Positions 1 to 8,965 are shown, counted from the stretch's first letter. The stretch is 34,776 nucleotides of DNA from Methanoregula sp. (GCA_039698055.1 JBDKTL010000009.1:1-34776), one strand, 5' to 3'. Numbers and translations: made by a program. The notes: generated by a model from the sequence alone, not told the origin.

Positions 1-274
1 GAGTACGGTTTTTGTTTTGGAGGATGGTCTTGACTTTCCCAAAAACAAGAGGGCTGAATTTGATCGCACCGAAGATTGCAATGAGAAAACATATGCTCCA
101 TGTGATCTGGATCCAGAGCGGGAGTTCGAAGAAAGAGATCGTATTCTCTGCCCCGGAATAGTCAGTAGTCCCATTCTGGAGTGGATGGGAATCTACAGAA
201 TAGCCTCCCTGGGCTGCAGTGGCATGAACTGCAAGAAATAGCAAAAAAAAGAGGACAATTAATGAATGTTTCAT
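1..274 (-). CDS. 5' part of a membrane-anchored protein, probably a membrane-tethered winged-helix transcriptional regulator (runs off window edge)
   Basis: Not in the ORF track. Manual minus-strand translation from ATG 274 gives MKHSLIVLFFLLFLAVHATAAQ (signal peptide), then FFELPLWIQITWSICFLIAIFGAIKF (TM), then KTILQNKNRT, which resembles the start of the wHTH in methanogen membrane-anchored regulators. The frame is open to the edge. Confidence 0.65.
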   Translation of the reverse strand, partial: MKHSLIVLFFLLFLAVHATAAQGGYSVDSHPLQNGTTDYSGAENTISFFELPLWIQITWSICFLIAIFGAIKFSPLVFGKVKTILQNKNRT

Positions 275-291
275 CGATCGTACATCACAAT

Positions 292-753
292 TCAGAGGGA
301 ATAAGTTTGTGTTCCCGTGACGCGGTCGCCATAAACCTCATAAGTCCAAATTCCCTTCGCGACGCCGTTTGGATTGTTGATATAAAAGTTTATACGCCCG
401 TCAGTGTACCCGTCAAAACTGTCGTAGTAGGGACCGAACGTGTACCCATCCGGGGAATAGACTCTCAGCCGGAGCGAGTTTGAAGGGTTGCCCCAGTACA
501 GGTTCACGTTCAGCGATGTGACCGTTGACGAGACCACTTTCGTGTGCCAGTTTGTTATTCCCTGGGTTATCGACCCGCTCACAATCAGCGGGTGCATTCC
601 TGTATCATGCACTGGTACAACTGTGTAGCTCCCTATACTTGCAGCCGGATTTTGCTCTTGTGCCGACACTACTGCGAACGATGCAATCAATAGAAGCATC
701 ACTGCAACAACTCCCAGTCTTTTGGACATAAAGAGTGGGTTTTCGGGAAACAT
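292..753 (-). CDS. Secreted protein with a pre-peptidase C-terminal (PPC)-like beta-sandwich domain
   Basis: Signal peptide KRLGVVAVMLLLIASFAVVSA. Motif LNVNLYWGNPSNSLRLRVYSPDG...GIWTYEVYG is typical of PPC domains. The true start may be the internal Met (MSKRLG). Confidence 0.75.
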   Translation of the reverse strand: MFPENPLFMSKRLGVVAVMLLLIASFAVVSAQEQNPAASIGSYTVVPVHDTGMHPLIVSGSITQGITNWHTKVVSSTVTSLNVNLYWGNPSNSLRLRVYSPDGYTFGPYYDSFDGYTDGRINFYINNPNGVAKGIWTYEVYGDRVTGTQTYSL

Positions 754-1008
754 TGCTTATTTTTTCTGTCCCAATTATCGAACTGGCAGTTCGAGAATGT
801 GGACAGAAATCATATATCAACTGTTCACTGAATACGGTGTGTGGGTACCGTAGTGGTATTCCGGGGGTCCCACCTATTCCCAGTCACATCCAGTGAGACC
901 CCGAAAAAACGCCCGGTGGCGTGAGAACAATCTCGTTCATACTTCGACTTCTCATTTGCCGAGCGGAGCGTATCGAAAAAATGGAGGTAAAAACAAATGA
1001 AACTTTTT

Positions 1009-1461
1009 GCTCTGTAGAAAACCTCAATGATGAGAAATTGTAAGAACCTGTGAATGTTACAGACAATCATTTTGTTAGCGATTTCTTTCATCTGAATCCT
1101 GAAGATTCTTGCTTTAAGATCCCCGTCAAACTTTCTTTTCAGGACAGAGAATTTATTTTCCACAAGTTGTCGTCTTGGATAAATAATGTCATTGAACTGT
1201 TGAGCCATTTCCCGACGGTATTTACCCCCAATGATTTCATTCTTCCAGGAGCGGATAGGAATAACAGAATTGGCATGAAGGTCTTCCCGGATCAATCGAT
1301 GAATGGCTTCAGAATCGTATCCTTTATCCATGACATAACAATCAGACTTTTGGGTTTTGTGACATTCTCGGAGTAATTTCACTGCATGCCGGGTATCGTG
1401 GACTCGGCTGTTCGATGCAACGAATCCGGTAATCACCTGTTGATCAGTATCAACGGAGATC
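1009..1461 (-). pseudogene. IS5-family DDE transposase, N-terminally truncated
   Basis: ISVDTDQQVITGF...HD...MDKGYDSE...YPRRQLVENKFSVLKR (D and YREK-like E motifs), ending EVFYRA across the TIR. The N-terminal half is missing. ORF 825..1436 only reads through into flanking DNA. Confidence 0.85.
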
Positions 1462-1516
1462 CTTAGATCTTTCGGTCGTCAGTACAACCCGGTTTAGATT
1501 AGGATTTCTACAGAGC
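1009..1516 (-). mobile_element. Internally deleted IS5-family insertion sequence (508 bp)
   Basis: Terminal inverted repeats GCTCTGTAGAAA (1009-1020) and TTTCTACAGAGC (1505-1516), with imperfect inward extension. They enclose only the C-terminal half of a transposase. Confidence 0.85.
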
Positions 1517-1532
1517 AAAAAAAAGAAAACCC

Positions 1533-2789
1533 TTATCGCTTTTTACCCGCGCTCATCCGGCGAATCCTGACGGAATTTGCATGGGCGTGGAGACCTTCTG
1601 CGGTGGCAATCGTTTCAACGATATCCCCGATCGTTTCAAGCCCGTCACGATCGATCATCTCAACAGATGCAGTCTTGCAGAAGTGCTGCACATCCAGCCC
1701 GGAATACATCTTGGAATACCCGGCAGTTGGCAGCACGTGGTTGGTTCCTACTGCGTAATCCCCGCACGCAACCGCAGCATACCGGCCGACAAAAATGGCA
1801 CCGGCATTTTTCACCCGGGTGACAACAAGGAGGGGATCGGCTACCTGTATCGAGAGGTGCTCCGGCGCAACGACATCGGATGCCGCAATCGCCGCATCGA
1901 GATCGGCAACAACCGCATACCCGGAGTTCTTCATTGCCTGCTCGATGATCTCTTTTCTGGGGGCTTGTGCGAGCTGTGCGGCAACTTCACGGCCGACTTT
2001 CTCCGGCAGGGACTTGTCAGTCGTGATGAGGATGCAGGCGGCGTTCGGGTCGTGCTCTGCCTGCGCAAGGATATCTGCGGCGACAAATGCAGGGTCTGCG
2101 GTCTCATCGGCAATAATCCCGATTTCGCTGGGGCCTGCCGGGAAATCGATCTCGACATTTTCCCGGAGCATCATTTTTGCGAGCGTCACGTACACGTTCC
2201 CGGGCCCGACAATCTTCTGGACGGGTTTTATGGATTCCGTGCCAAGCGCCATTGCGGCAATAGCCTGTGCCCCGCCCGAGCGGTAGATCTCGGTCACACC
2301 GGCAATGTCGAGGGCAACGAGCGTCATCGGGCTGATCGGGGGAGGGGAGCAGGCGCAGATCTCACGGACACCGGCGACCTTTGCCGGCACCGCACACATC
2401 AGCGCTGACGACGGGTAGGCTGCCCGGCCGCCGGGGATATAGAGCCCGACCCGGTTCAGCGGCGTGGTCTTGATGCCAAGAACGATGCCCGGTTCCATCT
2501 CCTGAAGCCAGAGGTCCCGTGGGCGCTGCAATTCGTGGAAGCGTTCGATGCGTGCGTGTGCTTCGATGAGGCTTTCCACGAGCTGAGAGTCCACATCGTC
2601 ATATGCCGCTTCACGCTCGTCATCGGAAACCGCGATATCTGTCAGTTCGACGTGGCGCGAGAGCTGCCGTAAAGCGGTATCGCCGTCCGTTCGCACCCGT
2701 TCTATAATATCGGTGACCGTGGCACGCACATCTTCCAGGCTCGATTTCCTGCCGGCGACCCACGCATCGATCTCGACTGCCTTCCACAT
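1533..2789 (-). CDS. hisD: Histidinol dehydrogenase
   Basis: Motifs GLYIPGGRAAYPSS, GGAQAIAAMA, KIVGPGNVYV, AGPSE, AQAEHD, APEHL, GDYAVGTNHVLPT. Confidence 0.97.
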   Translation of the reverse strand: MWKAVEIDAWVAGRKSSLEDVRATVTDIIERVRTDGDTALRQLSRHVELTDIAVSDDEREAAYDDVDSQLVESLIEAHARIERFHELQRPRDLWLQEMEPGIVLGIKTTPLNRVGLYIPGGRAAYPSSALMCAVPAKVAGVREICACSPPPISPMTLVALDIAGVTEIYRSGGAQAIAAMALGTESIKPVQKIVGPGNVYVTLAKMMLRENVEIDFPAGPSEIGIIADETADPAFVAADILAQAEHDPNAACILITTDKSLPEKVGREVAAQLAQAPRKEIIEQAMKNSGYAVVADLDAAIAASDVVAPEHLSIQVADPLLVVTRVKNAGAIFVGRYAAVACGDYAVGTNHVLPTAGYSKMYSGLDVQHFCKTASVEMIDRDGLETIGDIVETIATAEGLHAHANSVRIRRMSAGKKR

Positions 2790-2884
2790 AGTGCCAATAG
2801 CTTCGGCAGGAAAGGTTGTTAAGGTTTCGTCACGGGCAAAAAACAGGGCGAAAACTGGCCGGAATACCCGGCAGTTCCGCCGGA

Positions 2885-4006
2885 TCAGGACGTGTTCTTC
2901 GCGGCCCGGTTCTTGAAAAACACCAGCAGGTACACGGCAATCATCCCGACGATGAATCCCACCGTAATGGAGATGGTAAGAGCCAGTATCCCGATAAGCC
3001 CGGTCACCAGCAGCGAATCGGTTTTGAAACTGTGCCGGGCCATCTCAATACCGACAAAGACGAGCAGTGCGCCAAGGACCCCGATAGCAACAATGGAGAG
3101 TACCTGCGGGGAGGTGAAGAACAGGGCAAGGACAATGAAGATGATGCCGGCAAAGATGCTTGCCCCCCCGGTCCGTGCCCCGTACCGGTACTGCCCGGCG
3201 AGACCTCCCGCACCATGGCACATCGGGAATCCGCCAAAGGGAACAGAGATGACATTCATCAGGCCAATCGTGGTTGAGAGTTTTTTGGGCGGCACATCCG
3301 TCCCGAACAGGTCTCTTGTCAAGAGGGATGTCGCGAGGATCGCATTGGCAATAGTGAGGACGACCTGAGGGAGCACCAGCGTGGAAAGGGCAGCCGGAAA
3401 GTCCGTGGGGATCGGGATGACCAGCTGGGGCGGGGGGATCAGGCTGAGCGGCGGGATCCCGTGAAGGATAAGCCCCCCGATGACACCTGCCGCAATCACG
3501 CAGAGCGATGAGAGATCGGGCACGTTGCGGTAGCGGACGAGAAGAATAAAGGCGACGATAATCGCAATCCCGATGACAAAGAAAAATGAATCCTTTACCA
3601 CAAAATCCACGGATGCCTTGAAGAGGAGGAGCCCGAGACCGAGCTGGATGCCCCGCACCACGCTCTCCGGCACCCATTTTTCAATAACGCAAAAACAGCG
3701 GCCGTAGCCGAGCACGAGAAACACTACCCCGAGGATCAGCCCGGCAGCGGCGATCTCCCCGCTCCCGATTCCACCGGCAATTACAATCACCGCGATGGCT
3801 TTCATCGGCTCAAGCGGGATCGGCAGCCGGTAATAGAGCCCGGTCAGGATGAACCATATGCCAAAGAAGAGGAGAATATACCGTGAGTTGACGTCCGAGA
3901 CAAGAGCTACGGCAAGGATCAGCGGGATAATCGTCCCAAAATCCCCCAGCGATCCGGCAAACTCCGAGAGGGAGAATACAATGGGGCGCTTGGTTTCAGA
4001 CGTCAT
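2885..4006 (-). CDS. MOT1-family putative molybdate/sulfate transporter
   Basis: Motifs EFAGSLGDFGT, PIPLEPMKAIA and PFGGFPMCHGAGGLAGQYRYGARTG; multiple TM helices. Confidence 0.9.
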   Translation of the reverse strand: MTSETKRPIVFSLSEFAGSLGDFGTIIPLILAVALVSDVNSRYILLFFGIWFILTGLYYRLPIPLEPMKAIAVIVIAGGIGSGEIAAAGLILGVVFLVLGYGRCFCVIEKWVPESVVRGIQLGLGLLLFKASVDFVVKDSFFFVIGIAIIVAFILLVRYRNVPDLSSLCVIAAGVIGGLILHGIPPLSLIPPPQLVIPIPTDFPAALSTLVLPQVVLTIANAILATSLLTRDLFGTDVPPKKLSTTIGLMNVISVPFGGFPMCHGAGGLAGQYRYGARTGGASIFAGIIFIVLALFFTSPQVLSIVAIGVLGALLVFVGIEMARHSFKTDSLLVTGLIGILALTISITVGFIVGMIAVYLLVFFKNRAAKNTS

Positions 4007-4033
4007 TGCATCACAAAAATGGTGGGGAGCAGT

Positions 4034-4843
4034 CTACTCTGCCCGGATAATTGTCCCGACATTCTCGCCATTGATGGCTTTTTCGATATTCCCCGGCTTG
4101 TGGCAGTTGACGATCCGAACTTCACGGATATTTGATGCGTTTGCGAGCAGGTCAATGACCATCCGTTCAATGACCAGATCTTCCAGATCCATCCGGATCA
4201 GTTCCCCGGCGGTAATATCCTTAATCAACTCTGCATCAGGATTTTTAAACGGGTCCTCGGTATAGAGCCCGTCCACATTCTTGCCGATGATGCAGTTCTT
4301 TGCGCCGATCACTTCAGCGATGAGGAACGCGCCGGTATCGGTGCGGTGCGGCGGGATCATGTCGGACCGCGAGGGGTGCTCATACAGCCCGTACGGGGGA
4401 GTGCCGTGAATGACCGGCAGCATCCCGAGCTTGATGAGCATGGGGAGTTCAAGGAGATCGCCGGAATGGATCCGTGTCCCGTTGTATCTGGAGAGAAGGA
4501 TAGAGACCATGATGGCGTTCTGTTCGGAGATTTTTCCCGAGAGCTCGGCAAGCACGCCCGTTGGCATGCCAAGGTCCATGCCGACGTCCATAATATGCCG
4601 GACCCGGCCGCCGCCCCCGGTGACAATGAGTTCCTTATGTTTTCCGGACAACCCACCTATCTCCTCGCAGAGCGGGAACATGACCTCACGCCCGTAATCA
4701 ATGACACCGTGACCGCCAATCTTTACCACGCTGACATCGGGTGCGATGCGGATTTGCCGGGGAAGGCTGCCCGGTTTGATCATTCCTTTGCGGACAAGGG
4801 TTTCTCCCTGTAAACCGCTTTTTAATTCAAATCGTTTACTCAT
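4034..4843 (-). CDS. Molybdenum storage protein (MosA/MosB)-like amino-acid-kinase-fold protein
   Basis: Motifs VVKIGGHGVIDYG, TGGGGRVRH, SEQNA, PPYGLYEHP..IPPHRTDTGAFLIAE, NVDGLYTEDP and GENVGTIIRA match Azotobacter MosA/MosB as recalled. Start moved to ATG 4843, which has a GGTGA RBS just upstream. Confidence 0.85.
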   Translation of the reverse strand: MSKRFELKSGLQGETLVRKGMIKPGSLPRQIRIAPDVSVVKIGGHGVIDYGREVMFPLCEEIGGLSGKHKELIVTGGGGRVRHIMDVGMDLGMPTGVLAELSGKISEQNAIMVSILLSRYNGTRIHSGDLLELPMLIKLGMLPVIHGTPPYGLYEHPSRSDMIPPHRTDTGAFLIAEVIGAKNCIIGKNVDGLYTEDPFKNPDAELIKDITAGELIRMDLEDLVIERMVIDLLANASNIREVRIVNCHKPGNIEKAINGENVGTIIRAE

Positions 4844-4890
4844 AGTCACCAGACACTTAAGAGTTCTACAAAACGTAGTATTAAGTCCAT

Positions 4891-4910
4891 GTAAACCAAT
4901 TGGTATACCA
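4891..4910. promoter_or_regulatory. Candidate operator: palindrome TGGTATACCA plus adjacent half-site, in the divergent mos-like/68-aa intergenic region
   Basis: Perfect 10-bp palindrome at 4901-4910. The reverse complement GGTATACCAATTGGTTTAC resembles GGTATACCACTTGTTTA upstream of tupA. Confidence 0.5.
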
Positions 4911-4975
4911 GACACTGGCCGGTTGTACGATCTAAATAAACATCATCCTGTCCAGACGGCCGGTGAGGAGTTACC

Positions 4976-5182
4976 ATGAAAATGTTTGTACGTGAACGCC
5001 AGAAAGTTGGCGAGGGTGTCGAGCAGCCAAAGTATCGCGTGGCTGCCGTTGTTGGCGGCCAGATCCAGATTGAAGCAACCCATTTCCGGAAATTCGAGAT
5101 CGAACAGATCGCAAAAGAGGCAGGTGCAGAAATTGTGTACCTGAAGCCTGTGCCGGAAGAAGACAAGAAGAAACGTCATTAA
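4976..5182 (+). CDS. Small hypothetical protein (68 aa)
   Basis: Strong RBS GGTGAGGAG before ATG, protein-like composition, T-run after the stop. Confidence 0.8.
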   Translation: MKMFVRERQKVGEGVEQPKYRVAAVVGGQIQIEATHFRKFEIEQIAKEAGAEIVYLKPVPEEDKKKRH

Positions 5183-5409
5183 TTTTTTACCCATCCCCAA
5201 ATAACCCGGGCGGGGCACGTCGTACTCCGGTTCCGGCGCACCAATTTTTTTTGATCCTGATTCCGGTGAGGCAGGAATCTCCACCCTATGCATCAGCACC
5301 CGGCATTCCTGATCGCACACAGGTTGCCACGTGGTTGTTTTTGTGCAGGCGCTCAAGCGCCACACGAATGTTTATGCCATCCTTTACCCTACACTAGATA
5401 AGACCCCGT

Positions 5410-5757
5410 ATGGCTGTGCTCTCTGTCGACTGTCTTTTTGATGCCGCTGTCCGTATTATGGTACAGGAACGTTCGATCACGATCACCTTCTCACCGGAAA
5501 GCATCACCGTAAAATTCCCGACAACCCGCAGGCTCGCGGAATTTCTTGAAGTCCCGCATTACTATATCCTTCCCTATTTTGCGATGATGGAACAGGAAGA
5601 GCTGGTGACCCGGGCAGAGCGTGTCGGTATTCTTACCACGCCAAAAGGAAGCGAGAAACTCATCGCCCTGATGCAGTCAGGTTACCCAAAGGAAACCCGG
5701 GAAATTCTTGGCACCACCATATTTTCTCATCTTACCCAGAGGCTGGGAATACAGTAG
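5410..5757 (+). CDS. GntR-like winged-helix DNA-binding protein
   Basis: KFPTTRRLAEFLEVPHYYILPYFAMMEQEELVTRAERVGILTT parallels the GntR wHTH pattern LPS.R.LA..L.VS..TV..A...L...GLV....G.G. Lies directly upstream of tupA. Confidence 0.6.
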   Translation: MAVLSVDCLFDAAVRIMVQERSITITFSPESITVKFPTTRRLAEFLEVPHYYILPYFAMMEQEELVTRAERVGILTTPKGSEKLIALMQSGYPKETREILGTTIFSHLTQRLGIQ

Positions 5758-5802
5758 CCCCGCGTTGTTTTTCTCATGTGTGACAAAACAGGGGTTTTTA
5801 CC

Positions 5803-5819
5803 GGTATACCACTTGTTTA
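5803..5819. promoter_or_regulatory. Candidate operator upstream of tupA (GGTATACC palindrome)
   Basis: GGTATACCACTTGTTTA about 90 bp before the tupA start; similar to the site at 4891-4910. Confidence 0.5.
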
Positions 5820-5902
5820 TCAGTTGGTTAATCGAGTACGATGAACAAATCAAAAAAGAAACATTGAAGAGTTTTCATCCCGTAGTTAGGAGTGGTCAAA
5901 CT

Positions 5903-6892
5903 ATGGTTAAAAAAGTGCATGTTGGATTGGTTGCCCTTGCAATCATTCTTGTAATTGTATCTGTGTGTATCGCCGGTTGTACAACAGCGACGGCCCCAGC
6001 GCCGGCGCCGGCAGCGAACACCACACCGGTGAAACTGGTCATTGCGACGACTACCAGCCTTTACGATACCGGGCTCTTAGCCTATCTCCAGCCCAAATTC
6101 GAGGCGCAGAACAATGTTAAGCTCCTGATCACCTCGCAGGGAACAGGGAAGGCAATTGAGCTTGCAAAGAACGGCGATGCCGATGTACTGCTCGTCCACT
6201 CCCCCGCCCAGGAACTGACATTCATGAAGGACGGGTACGGTCTGAACCGCAGGTCGTTTGCATCGAACTCCTTTATCATTGTCGGCCCGAAGAACGACCC
6301 GGCAGGCATCGCCAACATGACGCCCGAGAACGCCTTTACGACGCTCTACCTCAAAGGAACAAACAACACGCCCAATATCTACTTCGTATCCCGTGGCGAC
6401 GGCTCAGGAACGCAGACTGCTGAGAAGAACATCTGGAAGAACGCCAATTACAATTATACCACCCAGGTCGAGAAGTCCGGCTCCTGGTACCTTGAAGCAG
6501 GCAAAGGCATGGGCGAAACCCTCCAGATGTCAAATGAGAAGAATGCATATACCCTGACCGATGAAGGAACCTTCCTTGCCTACAAGAGCAACCTGACGCT
6601 TGTGCCGCTCATTTCAAAGGGTCCAAGCCTCTTAAACATCTACAGTGTCATGACGGTATACAATACCAAGCAGCCGGCGGACAAGATCAAGATGGCAAAC
6701 AACTTTGTCAACTTCCTTATCTCCGCGCAGACGCAGAAAGACATCGGAAATTATGGTGTTGAAAAATACGGGAAATCGCTGTTCATCCCGATGAGTGTCA
6801 GTGTACCAACCGCAACTGCAGGCTGGGTTGGCGATTACAGCACGCCGGCAACAGCGACTGCACCAACCAGCGGGGTCGGTATAACCAACTAA
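5903..6892 (+). CDS. tupA: Tungstate ABC transporter substrate-binding lipoprotein
   Basis: Lipobox-like IAGC, TupA signature ATTTSLYDTGLL, GTGKA, DADVLLVHSP, FVSRGDGSGT. Start set at ATG 5903 after AGGAG. Confidence 0.92.
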   Translation: MVKKVHVGLVALAIILVIVSVCIAGCTTATAPAPAPAANTTPVKLVIATTTSLYDTGLLAYLQPKFEAQNNVKLLITSQGTGKAIELAKNGDADVLLVHSPAQELTFMKDGYGLNRRSFASNSFIIVGPKNDPAGIANMTPENAFTTLYLKGTNNTPNIYFVSRGDGSGTQTAEKNIWKNANYNYTTQVEKSGSWYLEAGKGMGETLQMSNEKNAYTLTDEGTFLAYKSNLTLVPLISKGPSLLNIYSVMTVYNTKQPADKIKMANNFVNFLISAQTQKDIGNYGVEKYGKSLFIPMSVSVPTATAGWVGDYSTPATATAPTSGVGITN

Positions 6893-6905
6893 TTTCTTTT
6901 TTTTG
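6893..6905 (+). terminator. T-rich tract after tupA (possible partial archaeal terminator)
   Basis: T-rich run immediately after the tupA stop. Confidence 0.4.
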
Positions 6906-6919
6906 TTGAGGAAACGAAT

Positions 6920-7615
6920 GTGAGTGACATCCTTTCAGGAATTACCCAGGCATTTGACCTGATTATCACCCTGAACCCGGATGTCATGCAGATCGCACTC
7001 CTCTCCCTGTACATCTCACTTTCGGCGACGGTTCTTGCTGCCTGCATCGCAATCCCGCTCGGCGGACTTATCCATTTCCACGAATTTAGGGGAAAGTCAA
7101 TCCTCCTTACGATCATCCAGACGCTCTATTCGGTCCCGACCGTTGTTGTCGGTCTCGTTATTTACCTCATGATCTCCCGGAGCGGCCCGCTTGGCTTTTT
7201 TGGGCTCCTGTTCACGCCCGAAGGAATGATCCTTGGCCAGACCGTGCTCATCATCCCCATCATGCTCGGGCTTGTCGTCACGGCGCTTGGCGGCATCGAC
7301 CGCAATATCCGCGACACGCTGCTCTCCCTTGGCGCCACCGACCTTCAGGGAATTTTCCAGATCATAAAAGAAGCACGGTTTGCAATCCTCAGTGCGATTA
7401 TCCTCGGGTTCGGGAGGGCAATCTCCGAAGTCGGTGTCGCCATGATGATCGGGGGCAATATCGCAGGTGCAACCCGGGTGCTGACAACCGCTATTGCACT
7501 GCAGACCGGGATGGGCGATTTCCCGTTCTCGATCGCGCTTGGCATCATTCTTCTTGCCATCGCGCTCGTTGTCGTTGTCAGCTTAAACTTCGTGACCCGG
7601 AGGCATAGCGCATGA
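6920..7615 (+). CDS. tupB: Tungstate ABC transporter permease
   Basis: PTVVVGL...SRSGPLG and FGRAISEVGVAMMIGGNI...TRVLTTAIAL; GTG start. Confidence 0.92.
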   Translation: MSDILSGITQAFDLIITLNPDVMQIALLSLYISLSATVLAACIAIPLGGLIHFHEFRGKSILLTIIQTLYSVPTVVVGLVIYLMISRSGPLGFFGLLFTPEGMILGQTVLIIPIMLGLVVTALGGIDRNIRDTLLSLGATDLQGIFQIIKEARFAILSAIILGFGRAISEVGVAMMIGGNIAGATRVLTTAIALQTGMGDFPFSIALGIILLAIALVVVVSLNFVTRRHSA

Positions 7616-8700
7616 TCCGGATCAGAAACGTCACAAAAAGATTCGGGAATGCCGACGTGCTCAAAGGTATCACCCTTGATATTAAAAAAGGTGAGATCTT
7701 CACGCTGATTGGCCCAAGCGGCAGCGGCAAGACAAGCGTGCTCCGCATTCTCGATCTTCTCGAAAAGCCCACCTCCGGCACGTATCTTTTTGATGGCACG
7801 GACACGCAGGCTCCGGGTGCAGACGAGCTGGGGATACGGCGGCGCATGGCAATGGTCTTCCAGAAACCGGCTGTCCTGAACACGACGGTTGAGGAAAATG
7901 TTGCATTTGGCCTGAAATTCCGGAAGACCGAAAGCGCCCTGGTTGCCGCACGGGTTGCTTCCGCTCTTGACCTTGTCGGCCTTTCAAACCTTTCCAGGCG
8001 ACGGGCAGTCACCCTCTCGGGGGGAGAGATGCAGCGCGTGGCAATTGCCCGGGCAATGGTGACAGACCCCGAAGTGCTGCTGATGGACGAGCCAACCGCA
8101 AACCTTGACCCGGTCTCATCCGACACCATCGAGTCGCTGATCCAGCGGATCAACCACGACCACAAAACCACCATCATCCTTGCCACGCACGACATGGCGC
8201 AGGGCCAGCGGCTTGCCGACCGTATCGGCGTCATGATGGACGGGCGGCTTGTCCAGCAGGGGACCAGCCATGATATTTTCTACCGGCCGGGGGGCCGGCA
8301 GATTGCCCGGTTTGTCGGCATCGACTCTGCACTGACCGGCACAGTAAGCACCAACACCGGCGGGCATGCCTGTATCGATGTCCATGGTACCCGCATCGAG
8401 GCGATCACCTCCTTACCGCCGCACACCCGGGTCGAACTCTACCTGCGACCGGAAGAAGTGACCATTGCTATTCCCCATTCATCCGACAAAGAACGAAAAA
8501 GTGTCCGCAACCACATCCCGGGCACCATAACAAAACTGGTGCCCCACGGGCCGTTTATCCGGGTAACCGTCGACTGCGGTTTTTTGCTCATCGCTCTTGT
8601 CACCCGGCTGTCCTGTGAAGATCTCCATCTCGCCACCGGGATGCCGGTGATCGCCGAGATCAAGGCAACCGCCATCCACGTTGTTGCAGCGGCGACGTAA
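7612..8700 (+). CDS. tupC: Tungstate ABC transporter ATPase with C-terminal TOBE domains
   Basis: Walker A GPSGSGKT, LSGGEMQR, LLMDEPT, ATHD; C-terminal SVRNHIPGTI...IKATAIH is TOBE-like. ATGA overlap with tupB. Confidence 0.9.
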   Translation: MIRIRNVTKRFGNADVLKGITLDIKKGEIFTLIGPSGSGKTSVLRILDLLEKPTSGTYLFDGTDTQAPGADELGIRRRMAMVFQKPAVLNTTVEENVAFGLKFRKTESALVAARVASALDLVGLSNLSRRRAVTLSGGEMQRVAIARAMVTDPEVLLMDEPTANLDPVSSDTIESLIQRINHDHKTTIILATHDMAQGQRLADRIGVMMDGRLVQQGTSHDIFYRPGGRQIARFVGIDSALTGTVSTNTGGHACIDVHGTRIEAITSLPPHTRVELYLRPEEVTIAIPHSSDKERKSVRNHIPGTITKLVPHGPFIRVTVDCGFLLIALVTRLSCEDLHLATGMPVIAEIKATAIHVVAAAT

Positions 8701-8756
8701 CGGAGATTCAATAAATTTATCTGTTCTCTTTTCTAAAACAGTCAAATGAGAATGCC

Positions 8757-8945
8757 ATGACGGATATGATTACGGATTTTCTGATTTATGCAGGTATCGG
8801 GGTGATCATGTTCACGATCGGCATGATCCTCGGCTACCAGCTGCTGATGATGTATTACCAGAAGCGGTTTATGGTGCTTGCACAGCAGTGTTCCGATGCC
8901 GACTCGGTTGTCCCGCTGGTTGACGAACTGGCAAAGGAGACCTAA
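8757..8945 (+). CDS. Small single-pass membrane protein (62 aa)
   Basis: N-terminal TM, then YYQKRF...VVPLVDEL; resembles the next ORF. Confidence 0.7.
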   Translation: MTDMITDFLIYAGIGVIMFTIGMILGYQLLMMYYQKRFMVLAQQCSDADSVVPLVDELAKET

Positions 8946-8965
8946 AAACTGCGGGAGGGGAAAAC

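Noticed and set aside
825-1008. C-terminal ~60 aa of ORF 825..1436 as part of the transposase
   Set aside because: Lies outside the TIR; it is read-through into flanking DNA.
4034-4915. Call as uridylate kinase pyrH with start at 4915
   Set aside because: Motifs and Mo/W context fit MoSto better, and the RBS supports ATG 4843.
5708-5902. 65-aa N-terminal extension of TupA
   Set aside because: Overlaps the upstream gene and promoter region; the signal peptide starts at 5903.
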